Below the pieces are notes generated by a model. That model ran no database searches, was not told the origin of the DNA, and saw nothing but the letters and a program-made list of their open reading frames with translations. Positions 10,248 through 20,107 of a stretch of DNA of 64,000 nucleotides are shown here, piece by piece (position 1 is the first letter of the stretch; every line of letters begins with the position of its first letter). The stretch is taken from NCBI GenBank assembly GCA_965204375.1, contig OZ241986.1:5664001-5728000 (forward strand), given 5' to 3'. The DNA comes from Candidatus Latescibacterota bacterium (lineage in GTDB: Bacteria > Latescibacterota > UBA2968). The position numbers and the translations under genes are program-made.

Positions 10248-11011
10248 ATGGTTACGCTTCCTGAAATTTTGGCCTCTGAAATAGACGAAATTGCCGAATA
10301 TTTGACCAATCTATTTGGTAATGCAGCCAATTGAGTAAACACTTATTTCAGTCCAGAAAGGTTGGTCAAGCAGCCCCGTAATATTGAACCTCTCCCTGAG
10401 GAAAGAAGACAACTATCCAGCTATCGAACTCGTATAGGAACTATGCTGGAGTATGCGTTGAGTACGGAGGCAGTGCATTTGCTCAAAGAGAGATATGATG
10501 ATCAGTACTTTTTGACATTTTCTGTCGCACATGAATACCCTGATTTCTATTTCGCGATCAGGCATTGTCTATTTTGTTGCGGATAGAAATGAAAGCGGTT
10601 GACGCTGACTCTGATGAACAGGCGGCACGCTTCAGTACGCCAACGGTACAGATCAATTCTGAAGAAGATTTACTTTTGCTAATAGGTTGGGAGTGGCGGA
10701 GTTTAATACGAAGGGAAAAAATAATCGGTGAATACCCTCACATTTTTGCCTGCTGCATCATTCCTGCTGGTGAAATTGCACAGGAGCGTGATATTCGGTT
10801 AGAAAAAACGGATGGTAAAATTGAAGGTGAGCAAGTATATGTTTATAGCACCCAAAAAAGAGAATATGTACCTGATCCGGGAAATTATGGAAAGTTATGG
10901 AGAATTATTCACACATCGCGTCGGGATCCGGATATATTGAGCAAATCTATGAAGGATTTTTTGCAATTTCTAAAAGAAATTGATGATCGTTCAAATAGAA
11001 ATCGCCTTTGA
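10248..11011 (+). pseudogene. Inactivated PD-(D/E)xK restriction endonuclease-like gene
   Basis: ATG 10248, in-frame TGA 10332-10334, frameshift near 10550; the repaired frame reads YPDFY.RDQALSILLRIEMKAV; AT-rich; convergent with the MTase. Confidence 0.7.
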
Positions 11012-11023
11012 AACGGATCTGAT

Positions 11024-13300
11024 TCAATTTTTATTCGGACACAGGTTCTCTCGAATATGCGCTTCTGCTGTTTTGAGCGTTTCCTCGCCTTCCTCTAAAA
11101 TCATTCTGCTTCTTTCGCGGCAATTGATAAAATGTTTCCAGGCCATTTTGTATGTTGCGACAATTTCGTGTTGAACAGATAAAGGGGGAAGTGGAATTTT
11201 CAGGCTCAGAATAGCAGATTGATTGACGCGAGGTCTTCCAACGCCAGTAATTTGATATACAATTTGACCAAAAATAATATCACTTCGCAATAAGAAGGCG
11301 AGGTATTCTTTGTCAATTTGCCATTTTGTTTTTGGCAATATTTTTGAGGCTTCTTCTCCTAAGTCTGGATCGTCTATCGCGCTTTCAAGAGTGCAAAATA
11401 TCAAGCATTCGGAAGAAGCAAATCCTTCATTTTCATCATCTCGAATTAGAACGCATTTACGCAATTCAGGCCGCAATTTGGAAAAAAGGATATCTCCCTC
11501 ACGGTACAGGCGGACATTACTTTTTATTTGTCTTCCCAGCATTTGAGACACTGTATATTCTCCTTTATCCGGAACTATGTTCGCAAGCCCGACATAGTTC
11601 CAAATTTCGTCGGGGTCTTGCTTGGCGGGAATGGCTGTTATATTACGCGTAATGACAAGCTCTGCTAATTTGGGTGTGGGATAAATAGAACGGTTGAGTA
11701 TTTCTTCCGCAATTTTACGAGAAGGATGGTGAAATGGAACATCTAGCCTGATTCCTTGCTCCGTATTTTTAAATTGATCGGGAGAACATATAAATATCTT
11801 TGGAGCTAAATGCGTAAGTGCCTGTTCTCCATGTGCGAGATAGTTGATCCAATTTTTCAAAATAAAGGGCAGTTCATCCTGCATCTCAGGTTGTCCGTTA
11901 TCATCTCGATGTTCTGCATATAGTGGGTCTCCATTGGATTTCCGTCCCACATGCTCTGCGTGTGCCATAAAAATAGGAGGCTGAGGTTCATTGACATCCT
12001 GTTTTTTATGCAAAAAAAGTATGGATGCTTTTGCTGTTGCATATGGCATGAACGTCACATCTGGCAAACTTACTACTGCCTCAATAATAGATTGATGCAA
12101 GATTAACTGACGTACATCCGTATTGGTTTTGCCATTTAGAATACTGTCATCAATAACAATGCCCAGTCGTCCGCCAGGTTTCAGCCAATTCAGACAGCGT
12201 TCAATAAAAAGAGCACCTCTACGTCTGGAAGTTTTATTTTTTCCAAGCTCGTACTGAGATAGAGAAGTTAGATCGGAAAAATCACTTCCAAAAGGCGGAT
12301 TGGTTAAAATCAAATCTATGCTGTTGGGTGGGACAATTTCGTTTAAATGATCTGAAAAAGCGAGTGACCCACCATCCCTGAGATGATAAATCGTTCCTCG
12401 CCCATCTCCATGCATGAGAAGGTTCATTTGTGCAGTCCAGGCCATTCTTCTGTCAATTTCCAGCCCAATCAATTGGGAATTATTCTCTCTATGCTTTCTC
12501 ATGTAGGAAGTGGTTTCAATGAGAAAACCACCGCTTCCGCAGGCAGGATCACAGATTACTTGATCCGGACGAGGTTTCATAAATTCAACCATGAAGTGGA
12601 CAACTTGACGGGGAGTAAAGAATTGTTGATTGTCGGATTTATCAAAGGTGTTCCGAATCAATTCTTCATATACAACTCCTTTTATATCCTCTGAAAGGTT
12701 ATAAAGCTGTATGTCTTGTAACAATTCAACTACTGTCACAATAGCCTTTTTGTCATCACTCAATTCTCGGTGTCCATTAGTGAACACATCGGGTAGTTTT
12801 TCAATGGCTTGACGGTAAAGCAAGGTTATTCTTTCATAGGTTTCCGCAATAGATTCTCCTGGAATCTGCAAGAAAGATGTCGTATTGCGATTGGATGATA
12901 AACTTTTTCGTTCATCATAAAGTTTACAGTACAACAATTTAGAAATTTCTTCAAAGCGTTCTAGCAAACCGCCCCCCATAGAGTCTCGAAAAGCACTGCT
13001 CATTTGGCGAATCAGCAGGCGAAAGGCACGGATATCTAACTGTGGGGGTGTAGGGGAAATGGGGAAAAGCGTAGGTTGAATGACTGATGGGGTAACTGTT
13101 GGCATTCGAGTTTGATAGACCGTTCCTTGTTCACGCACAAGTTCCATCATTCGGTCCAGTGAATAAAGACGATAGCCATTTATTGGATGCCGTTCAGCGA
13201 TGAGTTTTCCCGATTTATCCCAATTGCGGAGGGTCGTAGAAGTAACGCCAAGAAGCTTCGCCGCTTCTTTTATTGTGAAGTATTCTGATTGTTTATTCAT
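11024..13300 (-). CDS. N6-adenine DNA methyltransferase with N-terminal MerR-like HTH and C-terminal HsdS-like TRD
   Basis: FTIKEAAKLLGVTSTTLRNWD; QFFTP, DPACGSGGF, NPPF; GDILFSKLRP. Confidence 0.92.
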   Translation of the reverse strand: MNKQSEYFTIKEAAKLLGVTSTTLRNWDKSGKLIAERHPINGYRLYSLDRMMELVREQGTVYQTRMPTVTPSVIQPTLFPISPTPPQLDIRAFRLLIRQMSSAFRDSMGGGLLERFEEISKLLYCKLYDERKSLSSNRNTTSFLQIPGESIAETYERITLLYRQAIEKLPDVFTNGHRELSDDKKAIVTVVELLQDIQLYNLSEDIKGVVYEELIRNTFDKSDNQQFFTPRQVVHFMVEFMKPRPDQVICDPACGSGGFLIETTSYMRKHRENNSQLIGLEIDRRMAWTAQMNLLMHGDGRGTIYHLRDGGSLAFSDHLNEIVPPNSIDLILTNPPFGSDFSDLTSLSQYELGKNKTSRRRGALFIERCLNWLKPGGRLGIVIDDSILNGKTNTDVRQLILHQSIIEAVVSLPDVTFMPYATAKASILFLHKKQDVNEPQPPIFMAHAEHVGRKSNGDPLYAEHRDDNGQPEMQDELPFILKNWINYLAHGEQALTHLAPKIFICSPDQFKNTEQGIRLDVPFHHPSRKIAEEILNRSIYPTPKLAELVITRNITAIPAKQDPDEIWNYVGLANIVPDKGEYTVSQMLGRQIKSNVRLYREGDILFSKLRPELRKCVLIRDDENEGFASSECLIFCTLESAIDDPDLGEEASKILPKTKWQIDKEYLAFLLRSDIIFGQIVYQITGVGRPRVNQSAILSLKIPLPPLSVQHEIVATYKMAWKHFINCRERSRMILEEGEETLKTAEAHIRENLCPNKN

Positions 13301-13356
13301 AGAAAAATCTTTTAGTGTTTTGTAAGGTTTGAACATTATAAAAATGATGTTTGTTT

Positions 13357-13384
13357 AGTATAGCGTATTTTATACGAGTGTCAA
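13357..13384 (-). promoter_or_regulatory. sigma70-like promoter for the MTase
   Basis: TTGACA-N16-TATACT on the minus strand. Confidence 0.5.
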
Positions 13385-13455
13385 GCAAATTTACCGAGTT
13401 TTTTAATTCCGGCGTAACTATTTAGGTCATTTGAATGATGAAGAAAAAAGATGCT

Positions 13456-13509
13456 GTAGGAGCGGCATCCTTGCCGCGATTAAGGCCGGGAAAGGGATTT
13501 CCCTCCTAC
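13456..13509. repeat. GTAG-type REP-like palindrome
   Basis: GTAGGAG...CTCCTAC ends with inner GCGGCA/TGCCGC stem. Confidence 0.65.
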
Positions 13510-13585
13510 GCGACCGCAAGAACCTAAATAATTACATTCCGGCTTTGTCCAGAAATGGACTATGCTCTGAAAATGATCCTTTATA

Positions 13586-13601
13586 TGGCACGGTATTTGC
13601 A
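13586..13601 (+). promoter_or_regulatory. sigma54 -24/-12 promoter
   Basis: TGGCAC-GGTAT-TTGCA, about 110 nt upstream of the CDS at 13710. Confidence 0.7.
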
Positions 13602-13709
13602 GAAGTGACATAGTGCCAAATATGAGTCGTTTTTTGGTCATTTTGAGATCGTTTTTTTCAATCAGAAGGACAATTTTTTCACTCACACACTGTGGAGGAG
13701 TTTTGAGAT

Positions 13710-14798
13710 ATGAAATTGACGCTTTCAATTCCGCGTTCTCGTCCGGCGCATCTGGCGAGTTTTTCCGCTCCAGAGGGATGTGAGGCGCCGCTGTTGCAGT
13801 TGAAGGGGAGAGGTGAGGTGCTGATTGCCGAACGCGATCCTTCTGCGCCTGTTTATCACGTGAATCTGCCCGCGCTGGCCGGGGGTGAGGAAGCGAGTTT
13901 TGAGGTGTTGGCATTGGATAGTGCAGATGCGGCTGCGGGGATTTCGTCGCGCGATGCCGATGGGAAACTCAGTGTTTCTCTGGCGAGTTCGCCATTTATG
14001 ACGTTTCACCATACGACGGATTATCCCAAGCCGGTTATCAATCCGATTTTGACGCCGAATGGGACCAATATGTTGCGCGAGCCGATGGCGGCGTGGGGGG
14101 AGGGTGAACACCCCTGGCAGCGGGGGTTGACCTTGATGCAGGGGGCTATAAATGGGGTGGATTGCTGGAATGAGCGGCCCAACCAACCGGGATATGGGCG
14201 CACGGCGCAGGATGATATTTCTATTTCGCACAATCCATTGTCTCTTGTGATCGCTTCTGAAAATACGTGGTATGAAGGCGACCGCGCGCTGATGAGTGAT
14301 AGTCGTTTGTATCGATTGTACGATTCGGGGCGGGATGCCGCGGTTCTGGATATTGCGCTGACGCTCAAGGCTTCTCACGGTGCGGTGACAATTGGGGATA
14401 CGAAGGAGGGTGGATTTTTGTGCATTCGCGTGAATCCGTCGATGAATGCCAATGCCGATGGAGAGATGCGCAATGCCTATGGTGCGACGGATGAGACGGG
14501 GTGCTGGTCGTTGCCTTCTCACTGGATGGATTACTACGGTCCGGTGGGCGATGAGGTGGCCGGGTTTGCCATTTTTGATCATCCGCAGAATTTCCGATAT
14601 CCTACCACATGGCATGTGCGCGGTTATGGTTTGTTTGCGCCCAATTGCTGGATGTTCAAGCCAGACCACCTTATGCCCGATGGCGAGTCTATGACGTTTC
14701 GCTGGCGCGTGATTGTGCATACGGGGGATACGGCGCAGGCCGATATTGCAAATCGCTTTTTGGATTATGTGGATGGGTCGCGTGTGGTATGGGAATAG
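13710..14798 (+). CDS. PmoA-like/DUF6807 family protein (function unknown, often near sugar catabolism genes)
   Basis: EHPWQRGL, GDTKEGG, WMDYYG, DHPQN..YPTTWHVRGYGLFAPN. Confidence 0.8.
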   Translation: MKLTLSIPRSRPAHLASFSAPEGCEAPLLQLKGRGEVLIAERDPSAPVYHVNLPALAGGEEASFEVLALDSADAAAGISSRDADGKLSVSLASSPFMTFHHTTDYPKPVINPILTPNGTNMLREPMAAWGEGEHPWQRGLTLMQGAINGVDCWNERPNQPGYGRTAQDDISISHNPLSLVIASENTWYEGDRALMSDSRLYRLYDSGRDAAVLDIALTLKASHGAVTIGDTKEGGFLCIRVNPSMNANADGEMRNAYGATDETGCWSLPSHWMDYYGPVGDEVAGFAIFDHPQNFRYPTTWHVRGYGLFAPNCWMFKPDHLMPDGESMTFRWRVIVHTGDTAQADIANRFLDYVDGSRVVWE

Positions 14799-14822
14799 AA
14801 AGGTTTGGGGAATTTAAAAAAA

Positions 14823-15233
14823 TTAAGAACTGTGGAGGAAGTTTGCGATTTTGTCTCGTATTTCATCGCGCACTTTGCGAAATACGCGCAGGCGCTCTTC
14901 TTCTGTGCCCTGGGCATCGGCGGGGTCTTCAAAGGGCCAATGTCGCGTGTTTTTGGCTCCGGGGAAGATCGGACAATTTTCTTTGGCGTTGTCGCAAACG
15001 GTGATGACGAGGTCAAAATCTCGATTGAGATATTGATCGATGCTGTCGGATGTGTGGTGGGATATGTCGATGCCGATTTCACGCATGGCGCGAATGGCGA
15101 GTGGGTTGACTGTTGTGGGGCTGACGCCTGCGCTATGGGCGTCATAGGTGCCATTGCTCAGATGGCGAAATAGCCCTTGCGCCATCTGGCTGCGGCAGGA
15201 GTTGCCCGTGCAGAGGATGAGTACGCGGTTCAT
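14823..15233 (-). CDS. arsC: Arsenate reductase, thioredoxin-coupled LMW-PTP type
   Basis: LCTGNSCRSQMA, ITVCDNAKENCP, HWPFEDP. Confidence 0.93.
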   Translation of the reverse strand: MNRVLILCTGNSCRSQMAQGLFRHLSNGTYDAHSAGVSPTTVNPLAIRAMREIGIDISHHTSDSIDQYLNRDFDLVITVCDNAKENCPIFPGAKNTRHWPFEDPADAQGTEEERLRVFRKVRDEIRDKIANFLHSS

Positions 15234-15250
15234 GGGATGGCTTTCATGGA

Positions 15251-15964
15251 TTAACAACAGCCTTTGACGTCGGTGCCGGGGTCGGAATGGCAGCGGATAA
15301 ATTCGTAAAAAAACGCGCCTGCGGTTGCGCCGAGAATGGGGCCGAATACGTAAGCGGGAAAATGGGTCCAATCACCAGCGGCCAGAGCGGGTCCAAGGCT
15401 GCGCGCCGGGTTCATGGAGGCGCCGCATAGTGGACCGGCAAACATGGCTTCAAACCAGATGGTGCCGCCAATGGCAAGGCCAGCGGCTTGACCCGTGGCG
15501 CGGTAGTCTGTGGCTACGGCCATGATGACGACCATTAAGAAGAAAGTTAGCAAAAATTCCCAGATAAAAGCTGTGGCAAACAAATTATCCATCGGTTGTG
15601 TAACACCCAGGTTGAGGGTTTGATCGGGGTGTTTTGCTTTTAAGATGGGTGCGAGAGACCAGAGGTGAATGCCGCTGGCGGCAATGGCTCCGAGACATTG
15701 CGCTGCGATGTAGGGCAGGATTTCGCGTTTGGGAAAGTGGCGGGTGAAGGCGAAGGCAGTGGTGACGGCGGGGTTGAAGTGCGCGCCCGATATGTGTCCG
15801 GTGGCATAGACCATTGTCATGACGATGAGGCCAAAGGACGTTGCTATGCCCACGTGGGTGATGGCGCCTTCGGATAGCTGGTTGATGGCGACGGCTCCGC
15901 ATCCGCCAAAGACGATGGCAAATGCGCCGATGAATTCGGCACCACATTTTTTGAGGAGGTTCAT
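15251..15964 (-). CDS. MIP/aquaporin channel, likely arsenite-conducting, with C-terminal Cys-Cys
   Basis: ISGAHFNPAV and GASMNPARS motifs; adjacent to arsC; ATGA overlap with the upstream gene. Confidence 0.9.
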   Translation of the reverse strand: MNLLKKCGAEFIGAFAIVFGGCGAVAINQLSEGAITHVGIATSFGLIVMTMVYATGHISGAHFNPAVTTAFAFTRHFPKREILPYIAAQCLGAIAASGIHLWSLAPILKAKHPDQTLNLGVTQPMDNLFATAFIWEFLLTFFLMVVIMAVATDYRATGQAAGLAIGGTIWFEAMFAGPLCGASMNPARSLGPALAAGDWTHFPAYVFGPILGATAGAFFYEFIRCHSDPGTDVKGCC

Positions 15965-17556
15965 GGCGTCCATTTCTGGATGTCGGCGAGGATTTTTTCG
16001 GCATCGGGGTGCTCGGGTTGCAGGCGCAGCGCGGTTTGCAATTGCTGGACAGCGAGGTCAAAGCGCTGGTGCTCGGCATGGAGATAGCCCAGGCGTATGT
16101 GTGATGGGACGTGGACAGGGCTGATGGCGATTGCACGCATGTATCCGTTAATTGCGCGTTCATTTTCTCCTTTTTGGCGGTCGATTTCGGCCATTTGAAA
16201 ATGCGGTCGGTGGTCATCTGAGGTGCGTTCGGCGTATTTCTGAAAGGCTTCATAGGCGCTGTCTGTCTGCGCGGTTGCGAGATAGCTCAGGCCCAGGTGA
16301 TAGCGCGGAATGACGTAATTGGGTTCGACTTCGATGGCTTTTGAAAAGGCTTTGATCGCCGCGTCATGGCGTTCGAGCAGGTGGAGTATGGTGCCGAGGC
16401 GAAAATGGACGCGGGTGAATTGGGTGTTGTGCGCTGCGGCTTTTTGGAGGTGGTCAACGGCTTGTTCGTGATTTCCTTTTCGGTGTGCGATCATGCCGAG
16501 TTTGAAATGCGCATCGGCGAGTGTGGAATCGCGTTGTAGGGCTTGCTGGTAGTATTTTGTGGCTTCGTCGATGCGGTCGAGTTCGTTATAGGCATTGGCC
16601 AATTCATAACAGGCAATGGGATCATTCGGATTGGCCTGGATGGCCTGGCGAAGTTGGGCAGTGATTGTTTCAAAGGTTTGGGCGTATTGATTGAAGAACA
16701 TGCCGGATAAGGCTGCCTGAATATCGGGGTTTATGGGCGACTGCTGGATGGCTTGTTCGAGTTCGCTCATGGCTTCTTCTGTGTGTCCGCGTTTTTTGAG
16801 GATCAAGGCCAGGCGATAGCGTGCAACAACGTGTTCAAAGTCGATTTTGAGGGCGTTGCGATAGGCATTTTCCGCTTCTGTTATTTTGTCGCGCGTTTCG
16901 TAGATGCGCCCGAGATAATAGTGGGGCATCGCGCTTTTGGAATCGCGTTGGACGGCGCGTTTGAGACTGCCTTCGGCTTGTGTGAGCAGAGCGTCGTCAA
17001 TGGGAGATTGTCGCAGTGCCCGATACAGTGCCATCATGCTTTCGGTTGCGATGCGGAGTGCTTCTGCATCGTGAAACATGGGCATTTGCAGACGGGTTTT
17101 TTCATGGGGTGTCAGGGTCACGTTTAACTGAGCTGGAATGGCGTAGAGCACTGGCAAGATGGCGTCGAGCGGTGCAGAGACGGATGCCTGCCCCGTAAAG
17201 GTTTCGATGACTTCGCCCGTGGTCGTATGAAGCATGTCGGTTTCGATTTGGATGCGCGATCCCATAATGTGATAACGCCCGCTTAAAATCAGGTGGATGT
17301 CCAATTTTTTTGCGAGATCAGAGGAGCTTACCGGCGTGTCTCCGAGTTTGTGGCGCAGATATTCTTCGTCAACGGCATGTATTTTCGGTACATGGTAATA
17401 GGCGTTGACATATCCTTCGACAATGGCTGCGGAGAGCCAATTCCACTGCGGGTCGCCCAATGTGTTTTCATGGGGCAATACGGCGATGTTCCATTGGGCG
17501 TAGATGGGCGCGTGGATCAGGGTGATGAGCATGCTGAGTTTGAGGAGTTTTTTCAT
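15961..17556 (-). CDS. Exported TPR protein with N-terminal TolB-like/FlgO-type domain
   Basis: Signal peptide followed by many TPR repeats. Confidence 0.85.
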   Translation of the reverse strand: MKKLLKLSMLITLIHAPIYAQWNIAVLPHENTLGDPQWNWLSAAIVEGYVNAYYHVPKIHAVDEEYLRHKLGDTPVSSSDLAKKLDIHLILSGRYHIMGSRIQIETDMLHTTTGEVIETFTGQASVSAPLDAILPVLYAIPAQLNVTLTPHEKTRLQMPMFHDAEALRIATESMMALYRALRQSPIDDALLTQAEGSLKRAVQRDSKSAMPHYYLGRIYETRDKITEAENAYRNALKIDFEHVVARYRLALILKKRGHTEEAMSELEQAIQQSPINPDIQAALSGMFFNQYAQTFETITAQLRQAIQANPNDPIACYELANAYNELDRIDEATKYYQQALQRDSTLADAHFKLGMIAHRKGNHEQAVDHLQKAAAHNTQFTRVHFRLGTILHLLERHDAAIKAFSKAIEVEPNYVIPRYHLGLSYLATAQTDSAYEAFQKYAERTSDDHRPHFQMAEIDRQKGENERAINGYMRAIAISPVHVPSHIRLGYLHAEHQRFDLAVQQLQTALRLQPEHPDAEKILADIQKWTP

Positions 17557-17557
17557 G

Positions 17558-19345
17558 TCATTTCTCATCTGTTGTTAAGTTTTCATCATCGTGCGTGACA
17601 TAGAGAAATGCGGTACACATTTCATCGGTCGATTTTTCGCCCCATCGCACCAGCCTGGGTGGATTGTTGGGGTTTCGGGGGTTGTCGGCAGAGTTGTCGT
17701 AAAAGGCTTCGAGCGTGATACGGGTGCCGCGCGGGAGTGCGATGGGTGTTTTGTACACGTAGGTTTCTTGCCAGTTAAAGTCCCAGGGTTTGACCCATAT
17801 TAAGGATTGTTGCGTGCCGCCGGGATAGGTTGCGGTTATTTTCATTTCCGTGCCGAGCAAGTGCATGTGAGGCAAGATGCCGAGCAGGTGCTGGTCGCGT
17901 GTGATGGTGATTGCGCCGGTTACTCTGTGTTGTTTGATGTTGGGTGGAATGAAGAGCAAACGGCTGTTGATGACTTCTTCGCGGAGTTGTTTTTGTACGG
18001 GTTTTTGGGCAAAGTAGATGCCCAGGCGGGAATGATCTTTTACGGCGCGGCCAATTTTGTGATAGTGGATCTGGAGGATGATGTCGCTGTTGGGCGGCAA
18101 ATCGCGGCCTATGCCATCTGGAAGAACAAAGGGGGTGTTGCCGGGTGCCCAGCCGCCCAGGGATTCGTAGATGGGTACGCCAATGCCGCCAAAGCAGGGG
18201 TATCCAGGCGAGGATGCGTTTTCCTGTTGCAGGCGCGCTTTGCCAGAGATGTCGATGTACACGCTGACGTGGTGGACGACTTCGCGCTCTCCGGGCAGGA
18301 CTTCAATAGCCGATACGTAGTTGCCCGTGTCCTGTTTTGTGGGCAAGACAAAGCAGCGGTATTCGTCGCGGCCCATGGCTTCGAGTGGATAGGGTGCTTC
18401 GGGTTCGAGGATCAGGTCGGGCGTGCCCAGGGTCCAGCTTTTGGAAAATGCGATGGGTTCGGGCTGGTCGGCGGGATTGCCCTGGGGCATGCCGCTGTTG
18501 ACCCATTGCGCGAAGGTGTGGATTTCGGCGTCTGTGAGTCTGCGGGAATTTTTGAAGTCGCCGTATTCGGGGCGCGCTTTCCAGGGTGGCATGATGCGGG
18601 CTTCGATGGAGTCGCGCATCTGATAGGCCCAGGCGAGTACTTCTGTGTAGTCAAAAAAGGGTACGCGACCGATGCCGCCGGGGCGATGACAGTTCTGACA
18701 GCGATTTTGGAGCAGGGGCAGGATGTCGCGATAAAATGTTGGGGTGGAGGTGTTCGCGACAGTTGTTTGCCGGGGAGTGCGTCTGATTTCACAGCCAAAA
18801 CTGGGGAGGCTGGTGTTGGCGATTTTGCGGTTGGCGAGTAGTGCATCAAGGGCGTCCCATAATCCGCGCGAGGTCGTATCTTCGGGGATGCCCCAGCCGT
18901 TGTCGATTTCGCCCTTGTAACGCAGGCGGCGCTGGGCGTCAAAGAGAAAGGCATGGGGGGTATGGGTCGCGCCGAGGTGGTCGGCGAGTTTGTTGTGAGG
19001 GTCGCGCAGGACAGTGAAGGGTACGGGGTTTTGAGCGTAGTGTTCTTTGATGTCTTTGTCGGTTTCGTTAAAATTGGCATTTACAGATATCAGGTGTACG
19101 CCTTTGGGGGCATACTGATCGTGTATTTTTGTTCGGTGTATGTCGTATTTGAGCGAGGCAGGGCAGACGACGGAACTGAAGATGATGACGAGTGCGCGGT
19201 CCTGGGATAAATCACTGAGGGTAACGGGCGAGCCGTTGAGGTCGGCAAGGGTAAAGTCATTGAGGGTGTCGCCGATTTGGAGGGGAGCGGCCCAGGGGCA
19301 AATCGGGAAGGCGAGAAAGAGTGCGATGACGAGAGGGCGTTTCAT
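17558..19345 (-). CDS. Redoxin + c-type heme + PHM/DBH-like copper monooxygenase multidomain protein
   Basis: Signal peptide; redoxin (VCP, TPHAFL, GCEI); CQNCH; VVHH, QIHYH, PHMH, DEMC. Confidence 0.85.
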   Translation of the reverse strand: MKRPLVIALFLAFPICPWAAPLQIGDTLNDFTLADLNGSPVTLSDLSQDRALVIIFSSVVCPASLKYDIHRTKIHDQYAPKGVHLISVNANFNETDKDIKEHYAQNPVPFTVLRDPHNKLADHLGATHTPHAFLFDAQRRLRYKGEIDNGWGIPEDTTSRGLWDALDALLANRKIANTSLPSFGCEIRRTPRQTTVANTSTPTFYRDILPLLQNRCQNCHRPGGIGRVPFFDYTEVLAWAYQMRDSIEARIMPPWKARPEYGDFKNSRRLTDAEIHTFAQWVNSGMPQGNPADQPEPIAFSKSWTLGTPDLILEPEAPYPLEAMGRDEYRCFVLPTKQDTGNYVSAIEVLPGEREVVHHVSVYIDISGKARLQQENASSPGYPCFGGIGVPIYESLGGWAPGNTPFVLPDGIGRDLPPNSDIILQIHYHKIGRAVKDHSRLGIYFAQKPVQKQLREEVINSRLLFIPPNIKQHRVTGAITITRDQHLLGILPHMHLLGTEMKITATYPGGTQQSLIWVKPWDFNWQETYVYKTPIALPRGTRITLEAFYDNSADNPRNPNNPPRLVRWGEKSTDEMCTAFLYVTHDDENLTTDEK

Positions 19346-19350
19346 TGTGA

Positions 19351-20040
19351 TCAAATGTTGCGTTTTCGCAGGTAGTCGATGAGAAAGATGAGTGTGACTA
19401 TTCCAAAAAATCCGGCGATTGATAGGGCGATGTAGTGGCTTTCGTTCGGGAGTCGCCAGTATTGTATTATAACAAATATAAGGGCGGGGACAAAGAAGAT
19501 GAGCGTGCCCAACAATGCATATATCGATTGTGTGGCGGGTTCTATTTGAGGCGTATCGCGAGTTGTGGGCTTTATGGTTGGAGGAGCCGTTTCGGGAGGT
19601 TTGACGCGGGCGAGCATTTCTATGACGTTTTTGCGATAGCTGTTGTCGGCAGCGGCATATACGCTCCAAAAGGCGGAGATTTCTTCGGCACCCGTGCGGG
19701 TAAATTTCTTTTCGAGTGCGCGTTTGCGCTCAAGAGAAAGTTCGGCGGGTGCTTTTTTTTCGTGTTTTCGAAGGTCGTCGAGAATGTGTGTGAGGCTGGC
19801 GTCGTACCCGTGAATCCAGGGATAGGTGGCGTGTTGGAGCAATTTTTCATCGGGGTTTGTGTCGCCAAATTCACGGAGATATGCGTCAATGAGTTTTTTC
19901 CGCTCGATTTTAGACCCTGCGCCGGGAAAGTGTTTTGCCCGCAATTTGCCGTCGCGTTGAAAGGGCAAATAGAGATGGTTGTGATCCGCTATTTCGAGGA
20001 TGCGTTTGAATGCGTTGATGAGCGTTTGGCGGTGGGACAT
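19351..20040 (-). CDS. Hypothetical protein with two C-terminal TM helices
   Basis: ORF fills the operon gap; hydrophobic C-terminus. Confidence 0.7.
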   Translation of the reverse strand: MSHRQTLINAFKRILEIADHNHLYLPFQRDGKLRAKHFPGAGSKIERKKLIDAYLREFGDTNPDEKLLQHATYPWIHGYDASLTHILDDLRKHEKKAPAELSLERKRALEKKFTRTGAEEISAFWSVYAAADNSYRKNVIEMLARVKPPETAPPTIKPTTRDTPQIEPATQSIYALLGTLIFFVPALIFVIIQYWRLPNESHYIALSIAGFFGIVTLIFLIDYLRKRNI

Positions 20041-20068
20041 GGAAGATAGTGTAGGATAACCACAGGGA

Positions 20069-20098
20069 GTAGAGACAACCTCTTGAGGTTGTCCCTAC
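20069..20098. repeat. GTAG-type REP-like palindrome
   Basis: GTAGAGACAACCTC-TT-GAGGTTGTCCCTAC. Confidence 0.7.
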
Positions 20099-20107
20099 AG
20101 GCGGATT

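Noticed and set aside
10332-10334. In-frame TGA as selenocysteine
   Set aside because: No Cys-type motif or hairpin, and a frameshift follows; better explained as a nonsense lesion
13710-14798. Particulate methane monooxygenase subunit
   Set aside because: Soluble protein of the misleadingly named PmoA-like family; no TM helices, no pmoB/pmoC
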